This document shows, one piece after another, positions 60,290 through 64,000 of a stretch of 64,000 nucleotides of DNA. How positions within the stretch are numbered: position 1 is the stretch's first letter; each line of letters opens with the position of its first letter. The position numbers and the translations under genes are program-made. The notes beneath the pieces are model-generated. The model saw only the letters and a program-made list of their open reading frames with translations. It did not search any database and was not told where the DNA came from. The stretch lies in NCBI RefSeq assembly GCF_009914755.1, contig NC_060933.1; one strand, given 5' to 3'. The stretch is from the human T2T-CHM13v2.0 reference genome, Homo sapiens.

Positions 60290-60444
60290 GGGTTCGTTCC
60301 GGGCCTCCAGCTATCAGCTCCCGATCTCGTGTTTGAGGGTAGCGACCCCGATTTCTGTTTGCATGCACAGCCAGCAGCCCTAGCGCCAGATCCTAAAGCT
60401 GGATATCTTTTAACTGGGCTACCAGCCCGGGCCTCAAAGTTTTG
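60290..60444 (+). other. DMRT2: DMRT2 alternative non-coding first exon 1b (start approximate)
   Basis: Ends at donor TTG|GTGAGT (60444/60445). Confidence 0.6.
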
Positions 60445-61282
60445 GTGAGTGCTGTGATGCCGCTCGGGGTGTCAGGGAGGGCAAAGGGCGTGAATCATCT
60501 TTCACCTTTTCTGTGTGACTTGGATGCCTTACCTTAAATATATAAACCAAGGCCTAAGTACAGAGAGCCCACGCGGCTCAGCCCTGTGCACCCCAGGTAC
60601 TATTAAGGCTGGACGGGCGTCTGTATTGTGCTCTTTGCCCTTATGGGACGCTAATGACAACAAAATTTTGGTTTTCAGTTGAGTATTTTGGGGAGGGGGG
60701 TGAGAGGACCTCTTCAAGCCCAAGGAGGGGTCCTTGTGGTGGTGTAGGCTGATGAGAGGCATTTGGGAAGCATAGAGTGGTACTTCAGTGAGTCTGAAGG
60801 GCCACTTGTAATCAAAGGAAAACTGTTCTTCCACGGATAGTTTTATATGCATCATGGCCATACTAGTTGAGTATGGGGAAATCCGACAAGTGGCCTGGGG
60901 CTGCCTATTTGGACACAATATTTTGTGTGTGTGTGATAAGTGAGTTACCCAGGGACTTGTCCGGAAAGCCCGTGTAAAGCCAGAGAGGGCCACGGTTAAA
61001 GGTCAGGTACTCACAGAGCACTTAGAATTAATAAAATAAAACCTTTGTTGGGTTGTGGATCCCTGGGGGCCCTGGAGATACAGGAAAGGCACGTGTGGCC
61101 TGGAAGTGAGGGACATGTAATGAGAACAGGATGACTCAAGCGGCCGGAGGCGGGCAGACCAGGAGCTTTGGGCCGGAGGCTCAGGGATGGTCCCTGACGG
61201 CGGCCGGTGGGTCTTTGGATTTCTTTGTGTTTCCCCAGAGTGAGGGCCGCCAGGCTCAGGCCCCAGCGAAGCCCCGAGCGCC

Positions 61283-61807
61283 ATGGCCGACCCGCAGGCT
61301 GGCTCCGCGGCCGGGGACTGGGAGATCGATGTCGAGAGCCTGGAGCTGGAAGAGGACGTCTGCGGGGCGCCGCGGTCCACGCCCCCCGGGCCCAGCCCGC
61401 CGCCGGCGGACGGGGACTGCGAGGACGACGAAGATGACGACGGGGTGGACGAAGACGCGGAAGAAGAGGGCGACGGCGAGGAGGCAGGCGCGTCCCCCGG
61501 GATGCCCGGCCAGCCGGAGCAGCGGGGGGGACCGCAGCCGAGGCCGCCGCTCGCGCCTCAGGCCTCACCCGCCGGCACCGGTCCCCGAGAGCGCTGCACT
61601 CCCGCGGGCGGCGGCGCGGAGCCGCGCAAGCTGAGCCGCACGCCCAAGTGCGCGCGCTGCCGCAACCACGGCGTGGTGTCCTGCCTGAAGGGCCACAAGC
61701 GCTTCTGTCGCTGGCGCGACTGCCAGTGCGCCAACTGCCTGCTGGTGGTGGAGCGGCAGCGCGTCATGGCCGCCCAGGTGGCGCTCCGGAGGCAGCAGGC
61801 CACCGAG
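61283..61807 (+). CDS. DMRT2: Doublesex- and mab-3-related transcription factor 2, first coding exon (exon spans 61239-61807; DM zinc-binding domain ~61637-61798)
   Basis: Acceptor ttctttgtgtttccccag| at 61238; Kozak gcc[29 protein letters not shown], acidic/Pro-rich region, then [57 protein letters not shown]. Donor GAG|GTGCGT, 175 codons, phase 0. Confidence 0.98.
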
Positions 61808-63390
61808 GTGCGTACCCGCCCGGCCCGGGCGTCTCAGGCCACAGTGGAGGTGGGGGAGTTGGAGGGGAGCGGGGCGGCCGTCCACACCCCCCGCGCCCAG
61901 GGCCTTGCGGTGCCTGGCACTCCCTAGGAAGGATGGTAAGAACGCTTTTCTGCTTGCACTGGCGAGCAGGGTCGGGAGGGAAAAAGCAGGCATCTCTGGG
62001 GAACTTGGGAAATGTTTTTGTCTTAAAAAGCAGGCAGAGAGGCCTTGAAAGTGTTTAGGCCCATTTGGAACATCGCGAGAAAATCAATGTTTTTATTTTT
62101 TTGCATTTTAAAGTGCATTTTCGTGGTGTTGAGGGCGGGGGCTTGGGGGGAGAGTGGTTGATCCACAGCACGGCGTGCAGCTCCAGGCTCGTCACTGCTG
62201 TACTGATGATGATGGAGAAAAAGAACCACGCAGCACGCATGCGCTCGGTGCTTCAGCTGTCACCTGGACGTTTGAGATATCTAGAACACTCATTTTATGG
62301 ATGAGACACAAAATGCATGAGAAATTAGATGCCTGCAGCCCAAGGTCATCAATCCGAAGCTACTGTCCCTGCAAACTACCTAAGAGCAAGTGGAGGGTCT
62401 CTGCTGCTTCCCATCGGAGGACTCCAGCTGCGAGGAGAGCCAGGGCTTTCTTTCCGAGAGACGCTCTTGAACCTTCGATTTTGTATTTGTTTCCATGTGC
62501 GCCTGGACAGGGAGAGTTCAGCGAGCGAGGCTTCACAGGGCCTCCTCCCAGACTCAGGACCAGGGAAGACTTTCAATTTTACTTTTTGGCGGAGAGGAGC
62601 TGGGGAGTGGATCGCCAGACACACTGAAGGCAGTAACCCCACTGGAAAGCCTCTCGAGGGCCCAGGAGAGCGCGCTGGACGCCATGGGCACCTGGTCCTG
62701 GGCTTGGTCTCCTCCCGCGTCCCGCATGGGTCATCGCCTGCCCTGCGTTCCCACGCGTTCTCTGTAGCATATGCTGGGTAGGACGCGGGCGTGGGAGGGC
62801 CCAGAATCCCACCAGCTGGTGGGATAGGTGACTGCAGAGGCGAGGGTGGGTGTCCGCAAAGCGCAAATTTGGAGTTTGCAGCCGGACCCAGGAGACCCTC
62901 ATCTCTTCATTCCCCTATCACCCCACCCTGCCTGCCCTGCCACAGGGAGAAATCCGCCCGGCCTCACTGCTTCACAACAGGCCTTGGGCACCTTCTATCC
63001 GACAGGTGGGCTCCCAGGACCCAGCCTGGCTGCAACCATCTCTTGAGGTCGGGTGCCCCCCTGAAAGGGATTTCACTTTTTCACTTCCCTCCGGGATGTC
63101 CCCTCACTTCTGGCCATAGGTCTGCGTATATCTCGAGTGATTAGAGTCTAGAGTGACTATGCTGCCGAAAGCAGGGGACCCAGCTCACCAGTTGAGGTTC
63201 CAGCTCCTTGCCCTAGGATTAAGGGGTGCTGATATTAATTCGTTTGTAATTATTTTTCACACGGAATGGGAAAATTCAATACATTTAGAAGGGGGAGAGT
63301 TTCTAGAAGATTTACGGACATCCCGTCCTTCCCCCTTCTCGCCCCCATTTTCTTTCAGGGCATTATTGATGATGTTTCTTGTGTTTACAG

Positions 63391-63493
63391 GACAAGAAGG
63401 GGCTTTCCGGGAAACAGAATAATTTCGAGCGCAAAGCTGTGTACCAGAGGCAAGTCAGAGCCCCCAGTTTGCTGGCCAAAAGCATTTTAGAAG
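63391..63493 (+). CDS. DMRT2: DMRT2 second coding exon (exon 3)
   Basis: Acceptor tttcttgtgtttacag|; in-frame DKKGLSGKQNNFERKAVYQRQVRAPSLLAKSILE(G); donor AAG|GTAAAG. The gene continues beyond the window. Confidence 0.95.
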
Positions 63494-63629
63494 GTAAAGC
63501 AACAAAATTATCCTTCAGCCTTTTAAACAGAGTTGAGTGACTCTCATTAATCAGCACAAAGTGTGTTTATTAATCTGTGAAAGAGCTATCTAAAGGGAAA
63601 GTACTTTTTATTAGAAAGGTTTTGTTTAG

Positions 63630-63687
63630 GTGTTCGCTGAGCCCGTACGCTAAAACTGAACCCGTACGGAGAAGATTAGCATGGCCC
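63630..63687 (+). pseudogene. Degenerate 3'-truncated U6 retrocopy (U6 nt ~1-62) in DMRT2 intron 3
   Basis: Exact 19-nt U6 match GAGAAGATTAGCATGGCCC (63669-63687), colinear degenerate 5' part gtgttcgct...ctaaaactgaa, and imperfect TSD agaaaggttttgtttag / agaaagttttcttctag. Confidence 0.75.
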
Positions 63688-64000
63688 GGGAACCAGAAAG
63701 TTTTCTTCTAGGAAGGAAACCGCCACCTGGGAAAATGAATCTCACATATCTCCTGAGGTTTCTGTCACCACCAGTTGAAGAATCCCTATTATTTGGTTGT
63801 CTGCTTAGTGGTTAATCGGTTAATGTGGAGTGCATGTGAAATTTACCCCGTATGAGGGATGTACAAAGATATACTGCCAAGTGATCCTGGAGCAGATGTC
63901 TTGGAAGGAAATAAATAACTTAAACAAAGCAAAACAAAACAACACAACCACGTCCACTTTTCTTAGTTGTGGGAGCTGAATAGATGAAGTCAAGTGAGGA

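Larger units (their letters stand above)
59740..62000. promoter_or_regulatory. DMRT2: DMRT2 promoter / exon 1-2 CpG island
   Basis: High CpG density; CCAAT boxes at 59919-59923 and 59950-59954; GC box at 60089-60096; no TATA box seen. Confidence 0.85.

Noticed and set aside
61808-61927. C-terminal extension of the 214-aa DMRT2 ORF in the track
   Set aside because: Read-through into intron 2 past the donor at 61807; the real frame continues at 63391.
61003-61993. Antisense and alternative-frame ORFs over DMRT2 exon 2 (125-185 aa)
   Set aside because: Expected stop-codon scarcity in very GC-rich DNA; low-complexity Arg/Pro/Ala products.

Overview
Human (primate) genomic DNA from the 9p24.3 DMRT cluster. 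The window starts in the last coding exon and 3'UTR of DMRT3 (+; stop at 267-269). It then crosses ~59 kb of repeat-rich intergenic DNA (about 30 Alus plus MIR, L2, L1M, MLT1 and hAT MITEs) and ends inside DMRT2 (+), covering the CpG-island promoter, two alternative non-coding first exons, DM-domain exon 2 and exon 3. The intergenic DNA holds an Alu-interrupted H3-3A processed pseudogene, a full-length U6 retrocopy and a tailless U2 retrocopy; a degenerate U6 fragment lies in DMRT2 intron 3. There is no prokaryotic content or CRISPR array, and nearly all ORFs in the supplied track are Alu, VNTR or GC-content artefacts. The most interesting observations are: (1) a 98-bp x 8 tandem repeat with one strong, co-oriented CTCF motif per unit, a candidate copy-number-tunable insulator between DMRT3 and DMRT2; (2) a 109-bp ungapped 81%-identical local duplicate inserted into a MIR 8.4 kb from its apparent source; (3) a nested palindrome built inside a MER53; (4) CpG retention and AT-to-GC-biased substitution in repeats across the DMRT2 upstream domain. 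Repeat families and consensus comparisons are by eye from remembered consensus sequences, and their boundaries are approximate. No function is demonstrated for any finding.
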